Assembly (NCBI GenBank): GCA_014905635.1
Contig: JABVCE010000009.1
Location: 1,178,001 to 1,242,000 of the forward strand
DNA from: Scenedesmus sp. PABB004
Lineage: Eukaryota
Direction of reading: 5' to 3'
Length of the DNA: 64,000 nt
The notes beneath the pieces are model-generated. The model saw only the letters and a program-made list of their open reading frames with translations. It was not told the origin of the DNA and did not search any database. The translations under genes and the position numbers were made by a program. Below, in pieces: positions 34,967 to 45,636 of this stretch; position 1 is the stretch's first letter, and the number at the start of each line of letters is the position of its first letter.

Positions 34967-36848
34967 ATGATGGAGGGCGTGGCCAAGGCGGCCTCCACGC
35001 ATGAGGTGGTGGCCCTGGCCGCGGAGGGCGCGGACAAGGTGCGGCGGGCGCGCCGGGGATGGGCCGCCGTTCGGCCGCCCCCCCGGCGCGTGTGGCGCCT
35101 GACGCGCCCGGCCGCGCCGCGCCCCAGGTGTTTGCCGAGTTCATCTGGCTGGGGAGCACCGGCGCGGACCTGAAGAGCCGCACCGTGGTGCTGGACGCGG
35201 CCCCGAGCAGCGTGGAGGAGCTGCCGCTCGCGGAGATCGACGGCGCGGCGCTGGGGCAGGAGGGTGTGATCTACCTCCAGCCCAAGCGCATCTTCGCCGA
35301 CCCCATGCGCGGCGGCAGCCACATCCTGGTGCTCTGCGAGGTCTTCCAGCCCGCCCTGCCCTGCCTCGCGCCGGCGGAGAGCGCCGACCCGTGGGACAGC
35401 ATGCTGCCCCACACCAGCAACCACCGCGCGGCGTGCGAGCAGGTCATGCAGGCGGCCGCGCGGCAGGCGCCCGTGTTCACCGCGCACCAGGAGTACTGCC
35501 TCGCGGCCACCGACAGCTGCGCGAGCGACGGCGGGCACTACATGGGCACCGTGCCGATCAAGGGCGCGACAGGTGCGGCGGCGCCGCCGCAGGCGGCCGC
35601 CGTGCGGTGCAGCCGCGGCGGCCGCGCGGCCGCGCGCGCGCCGCGGGCAGCAGCAGCAGCGGCATCGGCAGCCAGCCCACCAGCCCACCGCCCCGCCCGC
35701 GCGCCCGCCCGCCCGCCTCTCGCGCGCCAGGCACGTCGGACAAGGCGACCGCGCGGCTGGGGCGTGAGGTCGCGGAGCTGCACATGGCGGCCTGCCTCGC
35801 GGCGGGCGTCGCGCACGGCGGCGCCGTGCCCGCGAGCGGCGGGGGGCACGCGTACAAGGTGGGGCCCTGCCTCGGCCTCGACCTGGCCGACCAGCTGAGC
35901 GTGAGCCGCTACCTACTGCACCGCGTCGCGGACTGGAGCAGAGCGGCGGTCTCGTACGAAGCGCCTCACGGCGGCGGCGGCGGCGGCGGGCCCAAGTGCG
36001 CCGTCGCGTTGAGCACAGCGGCCAGCCGCGACCCGCTCAGCGGGCTCAGCGCGGTGCAGGCGATGATGGAGCGCCTGCACGCGGCGCCGCCGCCCTACCA
36101 CGACGACCAAGCCGGGCCCGGCCGCGCCGGCAGCGGCGGCAGCGGCAGCTGGCACTCTGCCAGCGACGCGTTCATGGCCAGCGACGGCGCCAGCGGCGGC
36201 GCGTCGCCGCTGCACTGCGGCGGCGCGCGCGGCGGCGGCGGCAGCACGGGCCCGCGCCCCGGCGGGGGCGTGCTGGTGCCGACGAGCACGCTGCTCAACC
36301 GCTGCGGCCCCATCCTCGACCGCCGCGCGCCCGGCGGGTGCGACCCCTACCTCACGACCATGCTGCTCGCGGCGGGCGCGTGCGGGCTGGCGCTGCCGCG
36401 CGCCACGCGCGCCGCGATGGCCTACGCCACGCACGCGATGCACTTTGCCGCGGCCGGCGGCGGCGCGGTCGCCATCCCCGGCGCCGGCGCGCGCTGCGGC
36501 GGCGGGCCGGCCGCGAGCGCGGGCAGCGAGGCGTCGCCGTGCAGCCTGGGCGGCCTGAGCGGCTGCAGCGAGCACAGCGGCGCGCGCAGCGCGAGCATGT
36601 GCAGCAGCAGCCTCATGAGCGACTGCGGCACGCGCCCCGGCGACAGCGCGGCGCTGCTGCTCAGCGCGCTCGACGCGCTCGACGGGCGCGGCGGCGCCTG
36701 CGGCCGGCGCCGCGGCGGCGCGAGCTGCTGCGGCGGCGGCTGCGGCTGCTGCCGCTGCGAGCTCGCGTCGGACGCATCCAGCCCGGCGCGCGGCGCGCAC
36801 GAGACGCTCGCGTCGACGCTCGCCGGCGGCGAGATGTTTTACGAGTGA
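34967..36848 (+). CDS. Degenerate glutamine synthetase II-like protein (probable pseudoenzyme)
   Basis: AEFIWLGSTGADLKSRT, LQPKRIFADPMRGGSHILVLCEV, GREVAELHMAACLAAG, VGPCLGLDLADQLSVSRYLL, DRRAPGGCDPYL; active-site residues altered. Confidence 0.8.
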
Positions 36849-37031
36849 GGGCGGGGTGCGGGCAGGGCTTGGCCGGGCGCGACGCCCCCGCGCGCCACGC
36901 GACGTCGTGGTGCGCGCGGGGCGCGCCTGCGCATCATTTTGGGCGGCGATTGGGAGTGCGCGGGGCCTGGGGAAGGGGGGCGGCGGCATACGTCGGCCCC
37001 GCGTCGCCACGGCGCGCGGGCCCGCCCGCCG

Positions 37032-37035
<4 letters not shown>

Positions 37036-37062
<27 letters not shown>
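37036..37062. repeat. (GT)n microsatellite, ~13 units
   Basis: Directly visible. Confidence 0.9.
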
Positions 37063-39290
37063 CGTCGCCGTCTGATTCTGTTCCTGTGCGCGATCCGGGG
37101 CCGCCCCCGCATCGCACCAGCACACGCGGGCGCGCTGCGCACTCTGCTTTTTCGCGCGACCGACGATTCGACCGCGGCGCGGGGCCCTGCGCTGGCTGGG
37201 GCCAGGCCACCTCCACGTGCCTGGCGGCGGCCGGTGCCCCGGGCGCCTGCCTCAAGTGCTCAAGTGCCAGGAAGCCCCATCTCATGCGCCACGCAGCACC
37301 CCTGTGGCGCACTCTTGTTGGCGCGCGCGCTCGGCCGCGGCCTAGCCAAAGAAAAAGAAGGCGCTCGCGGGCGTTGTTGCCGCGAGCGCCCGCGGCGAGG
37401 CAAGCTAGCTCACAAAACAACACGGGGACGCGGCAGGCGAGGACGGCGTTGCATGCCGCACGCCACGTCTGTTGTTGCGGCGCGCCACGAGCGGTCAGCG
37501 ACCGTGGTGATGCGGATTGTTCGGCGGGCTGCGGCACCGTGGGGGGCGACGTGGTCGGCGTTCGTTCGTTCGCGCGGGTTGCACCCCCGCGCCCCCTGCG
37601 CTGGCTGGCAGCGGGGCGGAATAACGGCGTTGGTGGGTGGAGGAAGGCTGCCGCTTCTCTTGAGTGCCTGGGGCGAGCCTGCGGGCGCGCCGCTGCTGGG
37701 GCAGGGCTCCGCCGCCGGCAGCAGCGCTGCGCTGGCGACACTTGAACTTCATCTCTTTGCCGGCCCCCCCGACGCAGCTGCCCGCCACCTGGCGGCGCTG
37801 CGCGGCGGCGCTGGATGCTCTCTAGAGCGCTGCACGCGCGCCCCCAAGAAACCCCGACGCCCGGCGCGAGCCGGCAGCACTGCTGGCCCCTTGCCTCACT
37901 CTCACTCACTCTCTACTTCGGAACCGGCGGCGGCGCCGCGCGCTGCGCTGCTGGCGCCGAGCGCACGTGTGTGTCAACCCATTGCCGCCCAGTGCGTGCG
38001 CATCGCTGCCACCTGTGCGCGGTTCAGCTGACCGAGCGGGGCCGCCGCGCCCCGGTGTAAAACCATGATGGGCGCGCGTTCGCACCGCTGCCCCCGCCTG
38101 GTGCTGGCTGCCGCCGCCGCGCGCACGCCGCGGGCTGAGTCGTCGCCAGGCCAGGCCTGGGCCTGGCTCGCTGGCCGAGTCGTCGCCGGCTGAGTCGTCG
38201 CCAGGCCGCGCGCCTGGCTGTGTGCGCGCTGGCAGGGACGCGGGCGCGGTGCCGCCTGTCTGCCCTCCCGCCCCGCGGGGGCCCGCTGCCTCGCAGCCCG
38301 CGGCCGCGCAGCAGCTGCCTGCCGCCACTGCGGCTGCCGCCTGCGCGCGCTTGCAGGCACCGGCCGCATCAGGCGCGCGCGACTTGGACTTACAGATGAG
38401 CGCACCGGCTCTGCCCTGCGCTGCGAAAGGCGCCGCCTCTGGCGTCCGCCGCGCCATGCGCCCTGCCCTGCCGCCCGTGCATCCAGCCTACAGCGTGTGC
38501 GAGCACAAAACCCGCCGTCGGTCCCCGCCACGCGGCGTGGCTGGCGCCACGGCGCCGCGTGGCGGGCGAGGCGGCGCTGCGCCGCGACGCGCGCGGCCGC
38601 GCGCCCCGGAGCGCTCCGGGGCGGCTGCCGCGCCGCGCGCGCTTGATTGTGAGGGCAACACGCACTCTCCTCTATACGCGGTCGATCGATTTAAGAAATG
38701 GGTTCTCACAGGTTGGCCGACCCCGGCCGACCACAAACGGGGGTGCAGGTGCGCTGGCGCAGCAGGGCTGTCCCTGCTACACAAGAAGAATGAGCGGCGG
38801 CGCAGCGCTTGCGCCGCAGCCCCCTCTTTGAGTGCGGCGCGCGCGCGGGCGGGGCGGCGCGCGCCCCGCGCGCGCGCGCGCGGCAAACGAAGCCGCGCAG
38901 AACAGTGGCAGCACGACACACGACACACGCAGAACACCGGCAAGTGTATTCTCGCGCCCTCCCCCCCCCCCTCCAGCCGCTCGCTCGCTCTCTCCGGGGC
39001 CCTGGGCACCAGGCACCAGGGACAGACTGGCGCTACGAGAGCGCACGCGCGAGCAGCGCGCGTGCGCAAGGCGCGACAAGCGGGCAAGCAACAGCATAGC
39101 ATTTTTTCGCCCGCCCGCGCCGCGCGGCGGCAGCGAGGAGGGCCGGTCCGGCATGCCGGGCCGGCCGCCTGCTGGCACGCGCGCGCAAGCCATAACGCTG
39201 CCGGCGGCCAAGTGTGGGCCGTCCGGCTTCATTGAGCAGCCAGCCGCTCCCGCTGGGAGCCGCCGCCCGCCTGCCCGTCGCGGCGCGCGG

Positions 39291-40251
39291 TCAGGGCGCG
39301 TGCACGCGCGGCAGGCTGTCGCGCAGCTCCAGGCGCGCGGTGTTGGTGCGCAGCATGCTGCGCGCGCCGAGCTCCAGGTTGGCGCTCGTCTGGCTGCGGC
39401 TGTACGCCTCGTCGCCCAGCCCCGAGCCAACCAGCAGCGCGTCCGGCGCGAGCGCGCCCGGCGCGAGCGCGCCCGCCAGCGCGTCGCTGAGCGCCGCGTC
39501 GACGAGCGGCCCGCTGCTCGCCCCGCTGGCGTGGCTGCTCGCGCCAGAGGCGCCCGGCACCGCCACGGGCGCCGGCGCCGCCTGGGGGGCGCCAGCCGCC
39601 GCCGCCGCCGCCGCTGCGGCCGCCGCGCTCATCGCCGCCGCCGCCGCGCCGGCGGTCTGGCTCGTGAGCGAGATCCGCCGGCTCGCGGCGCGGCTCGCGG
39701 CCGCCGCCGCGGCCTGCGCCGACATCTCCGCCAGCCACGGGTGCCCGAGCAGCGCCGCCGCGCTCGGCCGCGCCGCCGCGTCCCAGGTGAGGCACGCGGC
39801 GACAAAGTCGCGCCCCGCCGCGCTCACGGGCAGGCGTGCGATGAACGGCGGGTGCTCGCCGCCCTCGCCACCCGCGCGGCCGCCGAGCTTTGCCGCGATC
39901 GCGGCCGCCATGTCGGCGGGGCTGTCGGCGAGGAAGGGCTGCACGCCCGTGAGCGCCTCGTACAGCACCACGCCCACGCTCCACACGTCGACCTTGGCGT
40001 CGTACGCGGGCAGGTCGTCCTCGTCGATGCCCTGCCCAATGACCAGGTGGAACACCTCCGACGCGCTCGGCTTGTCCAGCACCTCCGGCGCCATGTACTC
40101 CACGCTGCCGGTGCGAAAGTTCATCGCGTCGCGCACCGGCGGCGCGCCGCCACCGCCGTCGGCCGCCGCCGCGGCGCCCGCGGACGCGCTCACGCACACG
40201 CGGCCGCCGCCGGCCTCGGCGCCGGCGCCGCCCTTGGCGGGGCTGCCTGGC

Positions 40252-40317
<66 letters not shown>

Positions 40318-41787
40318 TGCTGCTGCTGCTGCTGCTGCAGCGGCTGCGCGCCGCGCGCCGCGCGCGCCTGCGCCGCGGCCAGCGCCGCCGCGTCGGCCAC
40401 GCCGGCGCTGCCAAAGTCGCCGAGGCGCAGCGCGCCGCCGTGGATCATGAGGTGCTCCGGCTTGACGTCGCGGTGCACCACGCCCGCGGCGTGCAGCGCC
40501 GCCAGCGTGCGCAGCAGCGGCAGCGCGACCTTGAGCGCGACCTGGCGCTCCGGCAGCCGCCCGCCGCTGTTTGCGACCGCCTCGATCAGCGTGCCGCCTG
40601 CGGCCGGGCGGGCGGCGACGCCGCGGCGTGAGCGCCAGCCCGCCGGCGCCGCCGCTGCTGCTGCAGCGCGCGCTCGTTCGCCGCGCGCGCGCGCAGCCTT
40701 TTCACTCAACACACGCGCCGCCGCGCCGCACCGTTGGCTGCCTGCATGATGAGGTAGGTGCCGTGGGGGTTCGCCACCACGCGCTCCAGCGCGACCGCGC
40801 CGCCGCCTGGGCCGAGCAGGCCGAGGCTGGCCTTGAGCACGCGCACGTGGCGGTCGAGCGCGGCGCGCCGCGCCGGCGTGAGCCGCGCTGCGTCGTAGGC
40901 CTTGACGATCACGCGGCCCCCATTGCGCGTGTCGCGCGCGCGGTACACCATCGACGACCTGGCGCGGCGGGTGCAGGCGGCGGCGGAGCGTGAGCGCGCC
41001 GCCGCTGCTGCTGGTGGCGCCGCCACTGCCACCGCGCGCCCCCGCTGCAGCCGCCGCCGCCGCCACGCGCCGCGGCGCGCGCCGCGCACCGTCCGCGGTG
41101 TATGAGCGTGAGGTCGGCGTAGAGGGCGTCAAGGCTCGCGCGCGTGACGCCGCCGTTCTCGCCGTCGAGGCTCGCGCGCAGCGCGCCGGCCTCGAGGATG
41201 GCGACCTTGTCCGCGAGGCGCTGCACGCTCGCGGGGCTGATGTCAATCGCGCCGCGCCGCCGGCTGAGGCTGCTCAGGCGCGCGCGGCGCGACTCGGAGC
41301 TCGCCTCGGGGACGCGGATGCTGCGCGCGGGCGGGCGCGGGGCGGGCGGGCGGCGGGGGCAGCGCGCCGTCGGCGGCGGGCGTCGCAGTCGCGCGCGCGC
41401 GGCCCGCCCGGCCGGCGGCGCGGGGGCCGCGCTGCAGCGGCGCGGCGCTGGAGCAGCGCAGCGCTGGAGCGCCGCCGCCGGGGCCGAGGCGGCCGCCGCG
41501 GGGCTGCCCGGCGGCTGCCCACGGCCGGCCCCGCGCACAGCGCACGCGCTGCTCGCTCACGTGTCCTCGTCGTCCGAGTCCGCGTCCGCCTCCACCACGG
41601 GCGCGCGCTGCTGCAGCTTGACCATCGCCGCGGCGGCCGGGGGGCCGCGGGCGTGGAAGACCTCGGGCGCAAAGCTGCCCGAGGCTGGCGAGCTGGGCTG
41701 CTGCCGCTTGGCAGCCGGGTGCAGCGCCCGCCCGCTGCTGAGGCCGCCATCCTGCTGGCGGCCCAACAGTCTCGAGAAGAAGCCCAT
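39291..41787 (-). CDS. Aurora-like Ser/Thr protein kinase with possible N-myristoylation start (MGFFSR) and polyQ insert
   Basis: VIVKAY, VVHRDVKPEH, LGDFG, GSVEYMAPEV, YDAKVDVWSVGVVLYE, RPSAAALLGHPW. Confidence 0.9.
40254..40337 (-). repeat. Coding (CAG)n tract: Q7-E-Q20
   Basis: Directly visible between DFG and APE of the kinase. Confidence 0.92.
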
Positions 41788-42863
41788 CCTGCGAGCAGCG
41801 CGCCAGCAAATGGCGCCCTCAGCGCCGCGCGCGGGGCGGAGGAAGTAGCGCCATCCCGCCCGCGCCCGGGCGACCCCCAACGTCGCCGCCGTGCGGGCTG
41901 TGCCGTACCACGGGCGCCGCCCGGCCGCGCAGGGCAGCCGCGGCGCCAGGCGGGCGCGGGGGGCGGGCCAGGCTGCCCCGCGCTCGCCGTGCGAGCCCGC
42001 GCCCACCCTGGCCCCCCGGCGCTGCGCGGCGGCGTCAGGGCGGGCCGCACCTGGGCACAACCATGAAGCGACGGCGCCACGCCCGCCGCGGCGTCTGCCC
42101 CGCGCGCCGGGTGGCGCGAGGGATGGCGCGCCGGCGCGCCTGTGCCCCGCGCCTGGCCGCGCTGCGCTGCCCTAGAGGTGCATGCGTGTCCGCTCAAGCT
42201 CTCCCGCGCTGCTGCTGGCCTGCCGTGCCGTGTGGGCCCGCCGGGCGCTGCGGTGCCGCCGGCGTCCTGCGTGCGTGCTGTGGAGTTGATGCGTGCGCTA
42301 TTGCGGTCTGTCGCACCGGGTCGCAGGCGTCAATGTGGGAGCGGCGCAGGGGCGGAGGGCCTGTGGAGCGCGCTTGGATATCTTGGGCATAGCCTGTTAT
42401 ATTGCACCCCTGCGCAATCGGGCGCTGGCAGTTCGCCGGGCGCGGTGCGGAGCGCGCAACCGACTCAGGGTGCGCCGCCGCATGTGCCGCCCGGCGGCAA
42501 CGCGGCGGCGCACCCGCCTGCGCACTCACCAGCTGCCAGCATTGATGGCCGCTCCCATCAGCCAGCCAGCGCCCGCCACACAGCACCACCACGGCGGTAT
42601 AGCGATGGCTGGCGCGTGAGCGCCCACAGCGCGCTGGCCGAGCCCAGGCACGTCGCTTGGTGGTGTTTGACCGCGGGTCGTGCGTGCGCGGCCGGCGCGG
42701 GGAGCCTGCAGCCGCAGCCAGCTGCCTGACCTGCGCTGGTCGCCTTGCATCCAGACGATAAGCCTCGGCACACGGAAACGGCCCCGCTCGGTTACCCTGG
42801 CCGCGCCGCTGGGCTGGGCGCCAGAGCCTGGCCGCCCGCCCAGCTCGCAGCGTGCACGCCCCC

Positions 42864-45324
42864 TCACGCGAGGCGCGCCGCCATGTCGTCGCCGCGCACG
42901 CGCAGATGCCTAATCACGCGGCCCTGCAGCAGGGCGGCGCTGCTGGGCCAGCCGCCGCGCTCCGCCGCGCTGAGGCCCACGCCGCGCGCCTCCCACTGCG
43001 CCAGCGGCGGCTGCTGCTGCTCCGCGCCCGCGCCCGCCGCCTCAGCGCCCGCCGCGCGGCGCGCGAGCGGCCACGCGTCCGCCGGCAGGTTGAGGCTGCT
43101 GCTGGCGGGCTGCGTGTCGGCGTACGCGTCAAAGCCCGGCCCAGCCTGGCTGCGCGCGAGCAGCGCCAGCAGGCGGTGCAGCGCCCAGGGCATGATGCAG
43201 CCGCTCGCGCTGCTCAGCTCGGCGTAGTGCAGCGGCGCCAGCCCCCCCTCGCGCTGCACCTGCCTGTCGGGCACCGGCGCCGGCTGCTGCTGCTGCTGCT
43301 CCAGCACTGCGTCCGGCAGCACCTGCACGACGCGCAGCGCGGCGGGGCACGCGGGGCAGGCCGTCAATGCGTGCGGGGCGCGGCCGGCGCGGCCGGCACA
43401 GCCGGGGGAGCGCGGGGGCGGCGGCAGGCGGCGCTGGCTGCACGGCGCACCTCGATGCGCAGCGGGCAGAGCTGCGCGTGCAGGAACTGCGTCGGCGCCG
43501 CCAGCAGCGGCACGTCCGGCTGCTCCACGCCGCACCAGGGCAGCGCCAGCAGCGCAGCGTAGAGCCCGTGCACCTGCAGCGCGCCCGCGATGAGCAGCTG
43601 CGAGCCGGGCTGCCCGTCCCACGCGACGGCCGACTGCGGGCGGCAGCAGCGCGGACGCGCCGCGCGTGGGCGGCGCGCCGCCGGGGTGCGCCGGCCGTGC
43701 AGGCCGCCGCCGGCCCGCGCCGGCCAGCCGCGCCTGCTCACCGGCGGCTGCCGCGGCGCGGGCGGCTGCCCCGGCTGCTGCTCCAGGGCGCCCGCCAGCA
43801 CGCCGCGCGTGACACCGTAGGCGGCGAGGTGCTGGCGCAGGAGCTTGTTGCTGCGCCCGACCAGCGCGTGCAGCTGGCCCACGCCGTTCAGCCCCGGCGC
43901 GCAGAACACGGCGACCAGCTGCTGCTTGAACGCCTGGGCCGCGGGCGGGCGCAGGGGGGGGGGGGGGAACCTCAACGCGGGCGGGCAGGGCATCGGCGTG
44001 CCCAGTGCTGCGGGCCCACGCGCGCGCGCCCCCGCCGCCGCCGCGATTGCCGCCGCGCACCTGGCCCACCACGTACAGCACCGGGCAGTGCCCCCGCCGC
44101 ACCGCGGCGTAGGCGCTGCGCAGCGCGTCCCGCCACGCCGCCGCGCGCGCGGACAGGGTGGCCGCGCCCTCCTTGTCCGCGCGCAGCGCCGCCGCCACCG
44201 GCCCGCTGAGCGGCGCGGCGGGGTGCTGCCACTGCAGCAGCGCGGCGCTCAGGGCCTCCTGCGCGCAGGCGGCGGGCGGGCGGCGCGGCACGGCGGTCAG
44301 CCGAGCGGGCACAGAGTGTGCGGGAGGCGCGTGCGGCGCGGCGCGGGGGGGGGGGGGGGGGGGGCGGCGGCGGCGCGCGCACCTGGTCGCTCGCCGCCGC
44401 TGCCACGGGCTGCCCGCCCGCCGCCACGGCGCGCGCGGCGGCCTCCAGCCCCGCGCCGCGCTGCTCCTCCAGCACCGCGAACGGCGCGGGCGATGACAGC
44501 CGCACGCGGCTCTTCACGCTCCAGTCCCACGGCAGCAGCTCCAGCTGCGGCAGGTGCCAGCGCTCCGCCGCCGCCGCCGCGGCGGCCGCCGCCGGCGCGG
44601 TGCCCGCGCTGCTGCCGCCGGCCGCTGGCTCGCGGATGAGGCCGTCACGTGACGCGTCCGGCGGGAACAGCCGGTCCAGGCTCAGCATCTGCGCACGGGC
44701 CAGCGCGGCGCGGCGCGTCGGCGCGCGGCGCGCGACGCTGCCGGCGGGCCAGGCAGCGGCGCGCGCGGCGGCGCGCACGTTTTGCAGCAGGTGCTCCGGC
44801 TGCGGCGCGGCGTGCAGGCTGTGCTCGCTGAGCAGCTCGTCCAGGTTGGCGCTGATCGGCGGCCGCTGCGCCGCCGCCCGGCTCGGCCTGCCGCCGCCCC
44901 CGGGCGCCGCCGCCGCGGGCCGGTTCTGCTGCTCCTCGCCCCCATCGGGTCCGTCCTGCGGGCCGGTCTTGTCGTGGCTGAGCTGCTGGTAAAAGGCGGT
45001 AAAGTCGGTCTGCGCCGGCGCGCCCGGCGGCACCAGGCCCGTCACGCCGCGCCCGCCGCCCGCGGGGCCCAGGCACTGCCGCTTGGTCGCCTCCTGGCTG
45101 AGAAGCGTCTGCACCTGCGGCGACGGCGCAGCACGGCGAGCTCAGTTTGGCCGAGCGCGCGAGCGCGCCTGCCGGCAGCGCGGCGCCCCGCGCCGCGGGG
45201 GCCGGCGCACCCGCAGGTCCGCAGCTCGCCCCCGTTTGTTGTCGGCGTTGTCCATGAACGGCTTGCGGCTCGGGTAGAGCGCGGAGAGCTTGTAGCTCGC
45301 GTCAGGGGGCTCCGTCGCGGCCAT
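42864..45324 (-). CDS. DONSON: DONSON (downstream neighbor of Son)-like replication factor
   Basis: PWDWSVKSRVRLSSPAPF, WRDALRSAY....GHCPVLYV, DGQPGSQLL...VHGLY, DVPLLAAPTQFLHA, GCIMPW. Confidence 0.8.
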
Positions 45325-45636
45325 GCCGGCTCACGCGCGCCAGGCGCGCTCCACCATGCGCCCGCGGGCGCCCAGGAGCGGCAAACGCTGCAAGCGGCGG
45401 CCTGGGTGGTCTGGGTGGCAGCGGCGGCGCTGTTGGGCGCGGGGAGGAGGGCCGGAAGGCTGGAAACCGCCCAGCACGGAGCTGCTCGCGCGGGGAGGAG
45501 GGCCACCGCGAGCTGCGAGCGCGTGGGCAGTGCCGGCGGTCGCGGGATGCGCGCAGCCGCGCGGCATTTTTCGATCGCGCGCGGTTTACCGAAAACCCCC
45601 CGCCGCCGCGCATGGTGGCCAAGCACACGTCGGGGG

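Noticed and set aside
40251..40340. Poly-Cys or poly-Leu proteins in plus-strand ORFs
   Set aside because: Antisense readings of the kinase CAG tract
42100..42860. Possible gene or element between the kinase start and DONSON end
   Set aside because: No coherent exon structure or codon bias; consistent with promoter/UTR sequence
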